Positions 17,540 through 26,013 of a DNA stretch of 32,000 nucleotides are shown one piece after another. The translations under genes were made by a program, and so were the position numbers. Numbering within the stretch: the stretch's first letter is position 1; each line of letters begins with the position of its first letter. The notes beneath the pieces were generated by a model. That model was given only the letters and a program-made list of their open reading frames with translations. It was not told the origin of the DNA and ran no database searches. This DNA is from Candidatus Nitrospira inopinata (GTDB taxonomy: Bacteria > Nitrospirota > Nitrospiria > Nitrospirales > Nitrospiraceae): contig NZ_LN885086.1 in the NCBI RefSeq assembly GCF_001458695.1, forward strand, positions 1,110,001 to 1,142,000. Direction: 5' to 3'.

Positions 17540-17637
17540 GGAAAACTAGGGTTCCGGCTTTCGCCAAGAAAGTGTCTGGGCCAAGAGTTTTCGGTCTCGC
17601 ATAACGAGGCTCCACGGAGGGATAAAAGCCCGGGAGA
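17540..17637 (+). promoter_or_regulatory. ykkC: Guanidine-I riboswitch aptamer (ykkC-yxkD leader type)
   Basis: Three conserved blocks are present: CTAGGGTTCCGG (17546-17557), TGGGCCAAGAG (17577-17587) and ACGGAGGGATAAAAGCCCGGGAGA (17614-17637). They correspond to the near-invariant blocks of the guanidine-I family as I recall them. Local hairpins CTTTC/GAAAG (17558-17572) and CTCG/CGAG (17596-17608) lie between the blocks. The element is immediately 5' of a transporter/hydrolase pair. Confidence 0.85.
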
Positions 17638-17663
17638 TCATGTACGACGGTACATGGCCTTTT
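17638..17663 (+). terminator. Hairpin plus U-run abutting the aptamer (candidate riboswitch expression platform / attenuator)
   Basis: TCATGTAC-GACG-GTACATGG forms an 8-bp stem (one G-U pair), followed by CC-TTTT. The A-run of the aptamer (AAAAGCC, 17624-17630) is nearly complementary to GGCCTTTT (17656-17663). Confidence 0.35.
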
Positions 17664-17696
17664 GGGAGTGAGTCCTTCGAGCGGGAGGCCCTCGTT

Positions 17697-19247
17697 ATGG
17701 AAATCCACCCCACAGATCCTCCACAGGACAGTCCCTCGACGATCGAGCCGGGAAAAGCGGTCGTATTCCCCGAAGAAAACGCAGGTCACGTTCATTCTGC
17801 GCACGCGGCGAGCGCCTCCCCGACGCTCCATCGCAGTCTCAGTCTCTGGAACAGCTTGACCATCGGGTTTGCGACGGTCTCCCCGGTTGCGGGGCTCTAC
17901 GCCATTATCGGCGTTCAGACGGTCGTCGCCGGAGGCGGATGGTTTCCCGCCCTGGCTCTGTGTTTGGTGATGCAGTTGCTGGTCGCGACGGTCTACGCGG
18001 AACTGTCCTCGCAGATCCCGATCGCGGGGGGCGCGTACAAATGGGCGAGGCAACTCGGCGGAGAAATCACGGGCACGTACGCCGGCGCCATTTACATCAG
18101 CTCCACGATCGCGATGCTGACCACCACCGCCTATACCGGCGGCATCTGGCTGGCGATTTTTTTTGGATCCAACAGTGAAACGGGTTTGAACCTGGTCCTC
18201 TGGGGAGCGGCGTTCATGCTGGTCTGCACCGTGCTGAACCTCGTCCACGTCTCGGTCTTTAAGCTGCTCATCTCTCTCGGCGTCTACGCGGAAATCGTCG
18301 GTTCATTTGGCGTCGCGCTTCTGCTGTTCCTCTTTTTCCGGCAGCATGAATTCTCGGAACTGTTCGCGCATCTTGGGACCGGGACCGCGCCCAGTAAAAC
18401 CGCTGCGTTTTTGGCGGCGCTCGCCGTATCGGGGTGGGCCTTCATCGGCTTCGACGCCTGCTCGACCATCGCCGAAGAAACGCACGACCCCAAACGGATG
18501 GTGCCGCGCGCGATCTTTTTCTCACTCTGCATGGTCGGAAGCGTGGTGCTCTTCAATTCCGCCGCCCTGACCCTGAGCTTTCACCGCGATACCCTGCAAC
18601 AGACCAGCGCCGCGTCCGACCCCGTCACGCCCGTGATCGTCGACAATTTCGGCGCCTGGGCGGAAACCCCGTTCCTGGCCATCGTCTTGGTGGCGTTCTT
18701 GGCTTGCGGCTCGTCGATGGTCCGGTACACCTCCCGCATCGTGTTTTCCATGGCCCGCGAAGGAAGTCTGCCGGACGCTCTCAGTCGGGTCACCGCCGCG
18801 GGCGCGCCGCGCCGCGCCGTCCTGTTCACGGTCGCCCTGGCCACGCTGGGATTGTTGTTCGGACTCAATGATGAAGCGGTCGCCACGGTGCTGGCGTTCG
18901 GCACGGGTGGGTTGTACGCCATGTTCGCGATGACCACGGGAGTCGGGCTCTATACCCGTCTTACCGGCCGGTGGGATCCCTCGTTGGGTCACCTGAAGTT
19001 GGGCTCGTGGGGACTTCTGATCAATACGGTGGCGTTTCTCTGGTCGGTGTTTGAATTCGTCAATATCGCGTGGCCGCGTCCCTACGCCGTTGCCCCCGAT
19101 GCGCCCTGGTGGCAACTCTGGGCCGTCCCGCTGGTGCTCGGCGGCATTCTCGCCTCGACGACGCTGTCCGTCATCGTCGGCAGAAACGGCCCGCCGGTTT
19201 ATCTGGGAAAGGTCAAATCGGGAAAGGCCGAGCCCGGTCAAGAATGA
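17697..19247 (+). CDS. APC-superfamily amino acid/polyamine-type permease (candidate guanidine importer)
   Basis: Polytopic sequence typical of APC permeases (LSLWNSLTIGFATVSPVAGLY, GWAFIGFDACSTIAEETHDPKRMVPRAI). I prefer the ATG at 17697, which has GGGAGG 8 nt upstream, over the track start 17640, which lies 2 nt after the aptamer. Confidence 0.85.
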   Translation: MEIHPTDPPQDSPSTIEPGKAVVFPEENAGHVHSAHAASASPTLHRSLSLWNSLTIGFATVSPVAGLYAIIGVQTVVAGGGWFPALALCLVMQLLVATVYAELSSQIPIAGGAYKWARQLGGEITGTYAGAIYISSTIAMLTTTAYTGGIWLAIFFGSNSETGLNLVLWGAAFMLVCTVLNLVHVSVFKLLISLGVYAEIVGSFGVALLLFLFFRQHEFSELFAHLGTGTAPSKTAAFLAALAVSGWAFIGFDACSTIAEETHDPKRMVPRAIFFSLCMVGSVVLFNSAALTLSFHRDTLQQTSAASDPVTPVIVDNFGAWAETPFLAIVLVAFLACGSSMVRYTSRIVFSMAREGSLPDALSRVTAAGAPRRAVLFTVALATLGLLFGLNDEAVATVLAFGTGGLYAMFAMTTGVGLYTRLTGRWDPSLGHLKLGSWGLLINTVAFLWSVFEFVNIAWPRPYAVAPDAPWWQLWAVPLVLGGILASTTLSVIVGRNGPPVYLGKVKSGKAEPGQE

Positions 19248-19332
19248 AGGCCGTCATTCGCCAAGTCTTGTACCGTCAGAGGGTTCGAACAAGGGAGGGA
19301 GTCCATTCATCATCTTGTAGAAAGGAGCGATC

Positions 19333-20481
19333 ATGGCGAAAAAGAGAACGTACCAAGGCAAGGTTCCATTGCATGACAACTATGGGCCGGAGGCGAAATA
19401 CGCTGTTGAGGCGGAGGCCTTGCTGCCGACGACGAAATTTGAAGAAGAAATCGCCCGCGGCCTTGAATTGGGTCTGCCCGGCGCCGATTCCATCAAGGAT
19501 CGCCGGATTCCCACCTTCAGCCGTGGAGAACTCCCCCACTTCGCCGGCATCAATACGTTTATCAAAGCTCCGTATGTGGAAGATGTGCGCAAATGCGGCC
19601 AGTACGACGTGGCGATTCTCGGCGCGCCGTTCGACGGCGGGACGACGTATCGTGCCGGCACCAGGTTCGGGCCCCAGGGCATTCGCAAGATTTCGGCGTT
19701 ATACGGGACGTACAGTTTCGAACTCGGCGTGGACCTGCGGGAATCCGTCTCGATCTGCGACGTCGGCGATATCTTTACGATTCCCGGCAACATCGAGAAA
19801 ACCTTCGATCAAGTCAGCAAGGGAGTCGGGCACGTCTTTGCCAGCGGTGCCTTTCCCGTGGTGCTCGGCGGAGACCATTCGCTCGGCTTCGCCACGGTAC
19901 GCGGCGTGGCGCAGCACTTAAACGGCAAGAAGCTCGGCATCCTTCACTTCGACAGGCACGTGGACACGCAGGACACCGATCTCGACGAGCGCATGCACAC
20001 CACGCCGTGGTTTCACGCGACGAACATTCCCAACGTACCGGCCAAGAATCTGGTGCAGATCGGCATCGGCGGGTGGCAAGCGCCCAGGCCCGGCGTGAAA
20101 GCGGGGCGGGAGCGTCAAACGACCATCATGACCGTGACCGATTGCGTGGAAATGGGCATTGAAAACGCCGCCAAGCAGGCGCTGGAAGTGGCGTTCGACG
20201 GCGTGGACGCCGTGTGGTTGAGTTTCGACGTCGATTGCTTGGACGCTGCGTTCGTGCCGGGCACCGGCTGGCCGGAGCCGGGCGGGTTTCTCCCGCGCGA
20301 GGTGCTCAAGTTTCTCCAGATCATCGCCGACACCAAGCCGCTGGCCGGCATGGAAATCGTCGAATGTGCGCCGCCCTACGATGCTGCCGAGATCACCAGC
20401 CTCATGGCCACGCGGGTCATCTGCGACGTGCTGGCCTGTCAGGTGCGATCCGGACACTTGGGCAATCGAAAGAAACGCTGA
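19333..20481 (+). CDS. Arginase/agmatinase-family ureohydrolase, guanidinase-like
   Basis: Binuclear-metal ligand motifs GGDHSLGF, FDRHVDT and SFDVDCLDAAFVPGTGWPEPGG. AAGGAG ribosome-binding site before the ATG. An N-terminal extension of about 70 aa relative to SpeB-size enzymes. Lies in the riboswitch-controlled unit. Confidence 0.9.
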   Translation: MAKKRTYQGKVPLHDNYGPEAKYAVEAEALLPTTKFEEEIARGLELGLPGADSIKDRRIPTFSRGELPHFAGINTFIKAPYVEDVRKCGQYDVAILGAPFDGGTTYRAGTRFGPQGIRKISALYGTYSFELGVDLRESVSICDVGDIFTIPGNIEKTFDQVSKGVGHVFASGAFPVVLGGDHSLGFATVRGVAQHLNGKKLGILHFDRHVDTQDTDLDERMHTTPWFHATNIPNVPAKNLVQIGIGGWQAPRPGVKAGRERQTTIMTVTDCVEMGIENAAKQALEVAFDGVDAVWLSFDVDCLDAAFVPGTGWPEPGGFLPREVLKFLQIIADTKPLAGMEIVECAPPYDAAEITSLMATRVICDVLACQVRSGHLGNRKKR

Positions 20482-20516
20482 GATGCATTGATCGTCGAGC
20501 GACGGCGCGGCGCATC

Positions 20517-20544
20517 GAGGGGCTTGCCTCCGAGCGGGCCCCTC
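20517..20544 (+). other. GC-rich hairpin downstream of the hydrolase gene (possible 3'-end or stability element; no U-run)
   Basis: GAGGGGC (20517-20523) and GCCCCTC (20538-20544) form a perfect 7-bp stem with a 14-nt loop, 36 nt after the stop codon. Confidence 0.2.
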
Positions 20545-20630
20545 AACCTCACGAGGCTTTCCTGACTTTCCGATTCATCGGACCCCCGTTCTAGTATAGA
20601 GTGATCCATACCACTGAGGAGGTGCACGCG

Positions 20631-22286
20631 ATGAAAGTCGCGATGGGCGTGTTGACTCTGGTCGCAGCGGTCGTCGGGCTTGTGTTGGCCTTGCCCTTTC
20701 TGATCGACCTCAATCGGTATCAAGACCAATACAAGCCGCTCATCGAAGATGCTCTCAACCGAACGATTGAGATTCAGGACGTCCGCCTGACCCTGTGGCC
20801 CACCATCGGCGCGCGGGTAACGGGTCTGTCCATTCTGGATGATCCGGCGTTCGGCGCGGGGCCCTTCGCCTCGGCGGCTTCGTTGGACGTGGGCGTGAAA
20901 CTGCTGCCGTTGCTGAGCGGAAAGATCGAAGTGAGGGAGATCACGCTGCGCGAACCCGTGGTGACGGTCGTCAAAAATCATCGCGGCGTCTTGAATGTGG
21001 CTACGCTTGGGCGAGCGGGGAGGGAGGCGCCGAGAGTCCCATCCCGCGCGCCGATTCCCTCGATGGAGGGGCCGCTCAAGATTTTAGGCATGTTGCCGGC
21101 CGATCGGGTGTCGATCGCGGGGGGTACGCTGACGTATCGAGATTTCTCGGCAGCGAAGCCCACCGAGTATGTCTTGCAGGATCTTAATCTGCTACTTCGG
21201 GCGATCAGGATCGGCCACACACCCAGTCTTCGCCTCGATGCCGTGGTCCAGCCCTTCAACCTGCCGTTGAAACTTGACGGGACGTTCGGTCCGCTGAAGG
21301 AAACGGCCGACATCGAAGCGATCAATGTTCGACTGAATCTGGGGAGCGCGCATTTCACCGTGACGGGGAGCGTCGTCGGCCACGATGCCGCGATGACCAT
21401 CAGTGCCCCGGCCGTCAATATGGCAGAGCTTCCCCTCGTCCCGCCGTTCATGAAGCCGGTTGCGATGAACGATTTCAAGATGGCGGTGGCGGTCAGGGGG
21501 CAGGAGGCCGAACTCACGGCTCTCTCTTTTCGGGTGTTCGGCGGACTGGCGAAGGGGCGGGGCAAAGTGGTCGCCGGCTCGGACGCACCGCCTTTCGACG
21601 GAACGGTCAGCATCGAGGGGCTCCATCTCGGCACGGCGTTCCGGACTTTCACGGATGCTCAAGTGTCAGTCAGTGGATCGGCGGACGCCACCCTTACATT
21701 CAAAGGTCGCGGCTTTGCCATCCAGGATCTGACCAGGTCGTTGGAGGGGACGGGGCGGATGGTCGTGAAGGACGGGACGATCGAAGGGGTGAATCTTCCT
21801 CGTGAGACGGTCGCGCTCCTGAACGCCGCCGGCATCCCCCTTGACGACACTCGCGCCATGACGTTTCGGACGATCGAAACAGATTACGTTGTGGGGCAAG
21901 GCATGGTCGCCGTGCAGCGGCTGTTGATGGAGGGGCGCGACGTTCAAGCGACGGGCGGCGGGACGATCGGCTTTGACCGCCGTCTGAGCCTGGCGGTGAC
22001 GGTGAGCCTCTCCCGGGACCTCAGTGAAAAAATTGCGGGGGTTTCGCCGGTCGCCAAACTCGCCATGCGAGACGGCAGAATGGTGCTCCCGCTCGTCATC
22101 GGCGGCACGGTTCAAGCGCCATCCTACAGGCTGGATCTCAAAGGCGTGACGGGGAACCTGCATGAGCTGATTCAACGGAAGGCGGCGCAAGTCGTCGATG
22201 GATTGCTCGGCGGTACGGTGCCGGACGTTCTCAAGCGTCGAGGACGGCCGTTGTTGAGCGAAATCCTTGGGGGATCGAGACCGTGA
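20631..22286 (+). CDS. AsmA-family outer-membrane biogenesis / lipid-transport-like protein
   Basis: N-terminal anchor followed by the typical AsmA opening: MKVAMGVLTLVAAVVGLVLALPFLIDLNRYQDQYKPLIEDAL. C-terminal AsmA_2-like region (GTIEGVNL..., LPLVIGGTVQAPSYRLD). ATG at 20631 with GAGGAGG 8 nt upstream. Confidence 0.8.
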   Translation: MKVAMGVLTLVAAVVGLVLALPFLIDLNRYQDQYKPLIEDALNRTIEIQDVRLTLWPTIGARVTGLSILDDPAFGAGPFASAASLDVGVKLLPLLSGKIEVREITLREPVVTVVKNHRGVLNVATLGRAGREAPRVPSRAPIPSMEGPLKILGMLPADRVSIAGGTLTYRDFSAAKPTEYVLQDLNLLLRAIRIGHTPSLRLDAVVQPFNLPLKLDGTFGPLKETADIEAINVRLNLGSAHFTVTGSVVGHDAAMTISAPAVNMAELPLVPPFMKPVAMNDFKMAVAVRGQEAELTALSFRVFGGLAKGRGKVVAGSDAPPFDGTVSIEGLHLGTAFRTFTDAQVSVSGSADATLTFKGRGFAIQDLTRSLEGTGRMVVKDGTIEGVNLPRETVALLNAAGIPLDDTRAMTFRTIETDYVVGQGMVAVQRLLMEGRDVQATGGGTIGFDRRLSLAVTVSLSRDLSEKIAGVSPVAKLAMRDGRMVLPLVIGGTVQAPSYRLDLKGVTGNLHELIQRKAAQVVDGLLGGTVPDVLKRRGRPLLSEILGGSRP

Positions 22287-22373
22287 GAACGGACGGGATC
22301 GACGAGATATACGCATATTTATGTAGCTAGTCAAACTCTTCCGAGTTGAGGTAAGATCGCACCTCCGAAGAAC

Positions 22374-24845
22374 GTGTCCTGGTATCGCCCGATCCCATTC
22401 TCGTGCTCCATGACCGAACGCATCTCCCCACAGTCCTCCGAAACGGGCAGCCGATTTCCGCGCGTGCCGCCCCCCGATCAACAGATGGAGCTGATGCTGG
22501 ACATCGATCGGGAGGATTATCGGTTTGCGCTCGAACAGGCCTCCGACATCATCTGCCGCACCAACCTTTCCGGCCGCATCACCTTCGCCAATCCCGCCGT
22601 GACCAGAATCCTGGGCTACGCGATGGTGGAAGTGCTCGGCCATCACATCACGGAATTCATTCGTGAGGATTATCGCGCGAAAGTGTGGTGGTTCCACGTG
22701 CGGCAGTTCCTGCGCGGCCGCCCGTCGAGCTATCTGGAACTCCCCCTGGTCGCCCGAACGGGCAAAGAAATTTGGGTCGGGCAAAACGTGCAACTGCTGC
22801 AACGGGACGAGGAAGTGATCGGCTTTCAAGCCGTGGTCCGCGATATTTCCGTCATCAAGCAAGCCGAGCAGGCGCGTCGCGCCAGTGAAGAGAAGCTCCA
22901 AAGTTTTTTTCATGACGCCCCGATCATGTATTTCACTCTGAACAGCGAGGGGACGATTCTGTCCGTGAATCGGTCCGGAGCCGAGCAACTCGGCTACACC
23001 ATGTCCGAGTTGGTGGGGCGGTCCATCTTGGACATGTTCCTGGTCGAGGATCGAGACAGCGTAAAGGTCCAAATGGAGACGTGTCTGGAGCGTCCCGGCG
23101 TCGTGTGCGAGTGGGAGCTGCGGAAAGTTCGGAGAGACGGCGCCACCATCCAGGTTCATGAGCGCGCGCGCGTCGTCCCCGGCAGCGACGGGCGGCCCGT
23201 CGTGCTCGTGGTCTGTCAGGATATTACCGAACGGGTTCGGCATGAGCGGGCGCTCAAGGAGATTTATCAACAGCTCGAACAACGGGTGATGGAACGGACG
23301 AGCGAGTTGCTGGCGGCCAACGAGGCGCTTCGCCAGACGACGTCGCAGCTCCAAACCCTGATCGAAGAATCGCCCTTTGCCATCATCGAACTGGATGAAA
23401 GCGCCAAGGTCGTCAGTTGGAATACCGCCGCCGCAAGCATCTTCGGGTGGACGGAGCAAGAAGTGGTGGGGGGCGAACTGCCGTATGTGCCGTGCAACGA
23501 AAAAGAGGAGGAACAATCGCTCCAACTTTGGCAATCGATCATGCAAGGCGTTCCGGTCAGAAACGTGGAGCTGCGTCGGCACCGGAAGGACGGCTCGACG
23601 GCCGAGATCAGTTTTTGGGGCGTGGCGCGCCGCAACGCCGAAGGGCGGGTGACGGGGGCGTTGGCGTTTTGCATCGACATTACTCAACAAAAACGACTGG
23701 AGCAACAGTTCCGGCAGGCTCAAAAGATGGAGGCGGTGGGGCGTCTGGGAGGAGGCATCGCGCACGATTTCAACAATCTCCTGACCGTCATCAACGGCTG
23801 CAGCGCCTTGCTGCTGGATCGGGTGCGGCGAGAGGACCCGATCCATCATCTGCTCGACGAAATATCCAAGGCGGGAGCTCGAGCCGCCGACCTGACGAGA
23901 CAACTTCTGGCGTTCAGCCGGCAACAAGTGCTCAAGCCGCAGCGCGTCGATCTGAATGAGTCTCTCAAGGGGATCACCTCCATGATCGAGAGGCTGATGG
24001 GCGAGGATATCGAAGTGGTGCTCGATCTTGACCCCGGTCTCTGGCCCATCCAGGTGGACAAGGGGCAAATCGACCAAGTGGTGATGAATCTGGCGGTCAA
24101 CGCGAGAGACGCGATGCCGGACGGCGGCAAGCTGACGCTTTCCACGGCCAATTTCGTCCTGCATCCGTGGACGCCGGTGTCCAATCCGCTGTTCACGCCC
24201 GGCGACTATGTGCAGTTGACCGTCCGCGACACCGGTTTGGGCATGGATCAGGACGTGCGCGCGCATCTCTTCGAGCCGTTCTTTACGACCAAAGAAGAGG
24301 GCAAGGGCACGGGGCTCGGACTCGCGACGGTGTATGGAATCGTCAAGCAAAGCCGCGGCGTCATCTTCGTCGACAGCGCGCCGGGCGAGGGCACGACGTT
24401 TGATCTCTATTTCCCGCGCTTCGTCGAGCAGGACGACGAGGTGGCGATCCCCCGGTCGTCGCGCCCCGTGCGGGGAGGCGAGCGGGTCATGCTCGTCGAA
24501 GACCAGGAGTCGGTGAGGGATCTCGTCTGTCTCGCCCTTGAGGAGTACGGCTATCAGGTGTTTAAAGCGGCGAACGGGGACGAGGCGTTTCGTCTGGCCG
24601 CCGTGATATCAGAGCCGATCGATGTCCTGGTGACGGACGTGGTGATGCCGCGCTTCACGGGACCGGTGGTCGCGGAACGGCTCAGGCAGCGGTGGCCGGG
24701 CCTCAGGGTGCTCTTCATGTCGGGTTACACGGAGCGAGTCAAACCGATGTTTCTCAATTCGCCGGGCACCCTGTTCATCCAAAAACCGTTTTTGCCGACC
24801 GAGTTGGCCGCGCAGTTGCGTCGGCTGCTTGACGATACCTTCTGA
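22374..24845 (+). CDS. Hybrid sensor histidine kinase: multiple PAS domains, HisKA, HATPase_c and C-terminal receiver
   Basis: Repeated PAS-like segments. H-box GGIAHDFNNLLTVI, N-box NLAVNARDAMPDGG, G-boxes DTGLGMD and GKGTGLGLATVYG. Receiver domain VMLVEDQ ... VLVTDVVMP ... KPF. The start is uncertain (ATG at 22410 is an alternative). Confidence 0.85.
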   Translation: MSWYRPIPFSCSMTERISPQSSETGSRFPRVPPPDQQMELMLDIDREDYRFALEQASDIICRTNLSGRITFANPAVTRILGYAMVEVLGHHITEFIREDYRAKVWWFHVRQFLRGRPSSYLELPLVARTGKEIWVGQNVQLLQRDEEVIGFQAVVRDISVIKQAEQARRASEEKLQSFFHDAPIMYFTLNSEGTILSVNRSGAEQLGYTMSELVGRSILDMFLVEDRDSVKVQMETCLERPGVVCEWELRKVRRDGATIQVHERARVVPGSDGRPVVLVVCQDITERVRHERALKEIYQQLEQRVMERTSELLAANEALRQTTSQLQTLIEESPFAIIELDESAKVVSWNTAAASIFGWTEQEVVGGELPYVPCNEKEEEQSLQLWQSIMQGVPVRNVELRRHRKDGSTAEISFWGVARRNAEGRVTGALAFCIDITQQKRLEQQFRQAQKMEAVGRLGGGIAHDFNNLLTVINGCSALLLDRVRREDPIHHLLDEISKAGARAADLTRQLLAFSRQQVLKPQRVDLNESLKGITSMIERLMGEDIEVVLDLDPGLWPIQVDKGQIDQVVMNLAVNARDAMPDGGKLTLSTANFVLHPWTPVSNPLFTPGDYVQLTVRDTGLGMDQDVRAHLFEPFFTTKEEGKGTGLGLATVYGIVKQSRGVIFVDSAPGEGTTFDLYFPRFVEQDDEVAIPRSSRPVRGGERVMLVEDQESVRDLVCLALEEYGYQVFKAANGDEAFRLAAVISEPIDVLVTDVVMPRFTGPVVAERLRQRWPGLRVLFMSGYTERVKPMFLNSPGTLFIQKPFLPTELAAQLRRLLDDTF

Positions 24846-24924
24846 TCGGCACAGACGCGTTTCGTCTTTCCTCCTCTGCAAGGTGTCTTCGCCCTTCGCA
24901 CCGGCCGGACGTTGGCCCGCGGCG

Positions 24925-26013
24925 TTAACTGTATTGATCCCACGTGTCGCACTGCTTGATCGCCCAAAACACGGCTTCTTTCAGTTTTTTCAATACGACG
25001 TTGTCCGGGTCGCGGATGGCTTGGAGTTTTTTGTCAAGATCGTAGAGCGGTTGGATCGACCGTTTGTCGGGAACTTTTCCCAGGGCCCACGCGACCTCCG
25101 TCAGGACGGTCCAGTCCGTGCCGGGGTCTTGAAGTTTGGCCAGCAGCGGAGGAACGACGGAGGCGTCGCCGGCAATGCCTCCGATTTGTCCGAGCCCCTT
25201 GGCCGCCGCAGCTTGAAGGTCCACCTGGGAGGAAGAGTTCAAGATGTTAATGAGCAAGGGGATGCTTTCTCTGCCCAGATTCCCCATGGCGACGATCGCC
25301 TGTGTGGCCAAGTCGCGGTCTTTCAGGATTTCTTTGAGTTTAGGCAAGGCTTCGTCGGCTTGCATCTCTCCCAAGAGCGAGATGATGTGGATTTTTCGGG
25401 CCTGACTTGTATTGGGTGAATCAAGCAGGGCAAGGAGGCGTTCCGGATGCCCCCACTCTGCCGCCAAAAACAGGGGGAACTCATGCCGTTCGAGTTCCTC
25501 CGTCAGCTTGGCGATCGCGTAGGCGCCGGGGTCGGCGGCTTGCGCGGCCTGCGCGGCGGCCGTGGCGTCGTCAAACTCCGTCCGCACTTCCTTTTGCCAC
25601 TTGATCTTCATGCCGCTCAACAGATAGGTCAATTGACAGGCCGGGCCCTTCCACAATCGGGATGGCGCGTCAGGAAGATCGGCATCGCCGCCGGCCGCGG
25701 TCGTGCCTTCCCAGGTTTTGCGTTGCTCGCACTTGACGCGAAAGACGACATCATGGGGCTCTTCTCGATTCAAGACGATGGTATACCCGACTTCGCGAAG
25801 CCGGCGCGACACGGTTTGTGCGATGGGGCCGGCGTCCGCTTCGCCCTTGTCCGTCAGGGCGAGGGCTTCCACCAGGACGACGCGAATCTTTTCCAACTGA
25901 GATTTTTGTTCGGGCGTGAAATAATCGCGATAAGCCCGTAAGGGATCGGTGATGAGTGAGAGAACCAGCAAAAGCAAAAAAACCTTCGCCGTAGAGGGTG
26001 ATATCATGCGCAT
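24925..26013 (-). CDS. Exported HEAT-repeat protein with an N-terminal domain of unknown function
   Basis: Signal peptide (VFLLLLVLSLITDPLRA). The C-terminal half has PBS-lyase/HEAT-like repeats (ALPKLKEILKDRD..., IPLLINILNSS..., VPPLLAKLQDPG..., IQPLYDL). Confidence 0.7.
   Translation of the reverse strand: MRMISPSTAKVFLLLLVLSLITDPLRAYRDYFTPEQKSQLEKIRVVLVEALALTDKGEADAGPIAQTVSRRLREVGYTIVLNREEPHDVVFRVKCEQRKTWEGTTAAGGDADLPDAPSRLWKGPACQLTYLLSGMKIKWQKEVRTEFDDATAAAQAAQAADPGAYAIAKLTEELERHEFPLFLAAEWGHPERLLALLDSPNTSQARKIHIISLLGEMQADEALPKLKEILKDRDLATQAIVAMGNLGRESIPLLINILNSSSQVDLQAAAAKGLGQIGGIAGDASVVPPLLAKLQDPGTDWTVLTEVAWALGKVPDKRSIQPLYDLDKKLQAIRDPDNVVLKKLKEAVFWAIKQCDTWDQYS

Noticed and set aside
17640-17696. 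Track start codon ATG 17640 for the permease
   Set aside because: It lies 2 nt after the riboswitch aptamer, inside the hairpin arm. The only nearby GGAG is 3 nt away, which is too close. The ATG at 17697 has a properly spaced GGGAGG.
19282-19290. GGTTCGAAC, reminiscent of a tRNA T-loop, in the permease-hydrolase spacer
   Set aside because: The flanking bases do not form a T-arm stem. No acceptor or anticodon arms can be drawn. It is not a tRNA or tmRNA fragment.
21666-24350. 894-aa ORF on the minus strand, the longest ORF in the track
   Set aside because: It is antisense to two well-supported genes, the AsmA-like gene and the PAS histidine kinase, and spans their intergenic gap. The translation is Arg/His/Pro/Gly-rich, low-complexity and has no motifs. 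This is a typical shadow ORF of GC-rich DNA.
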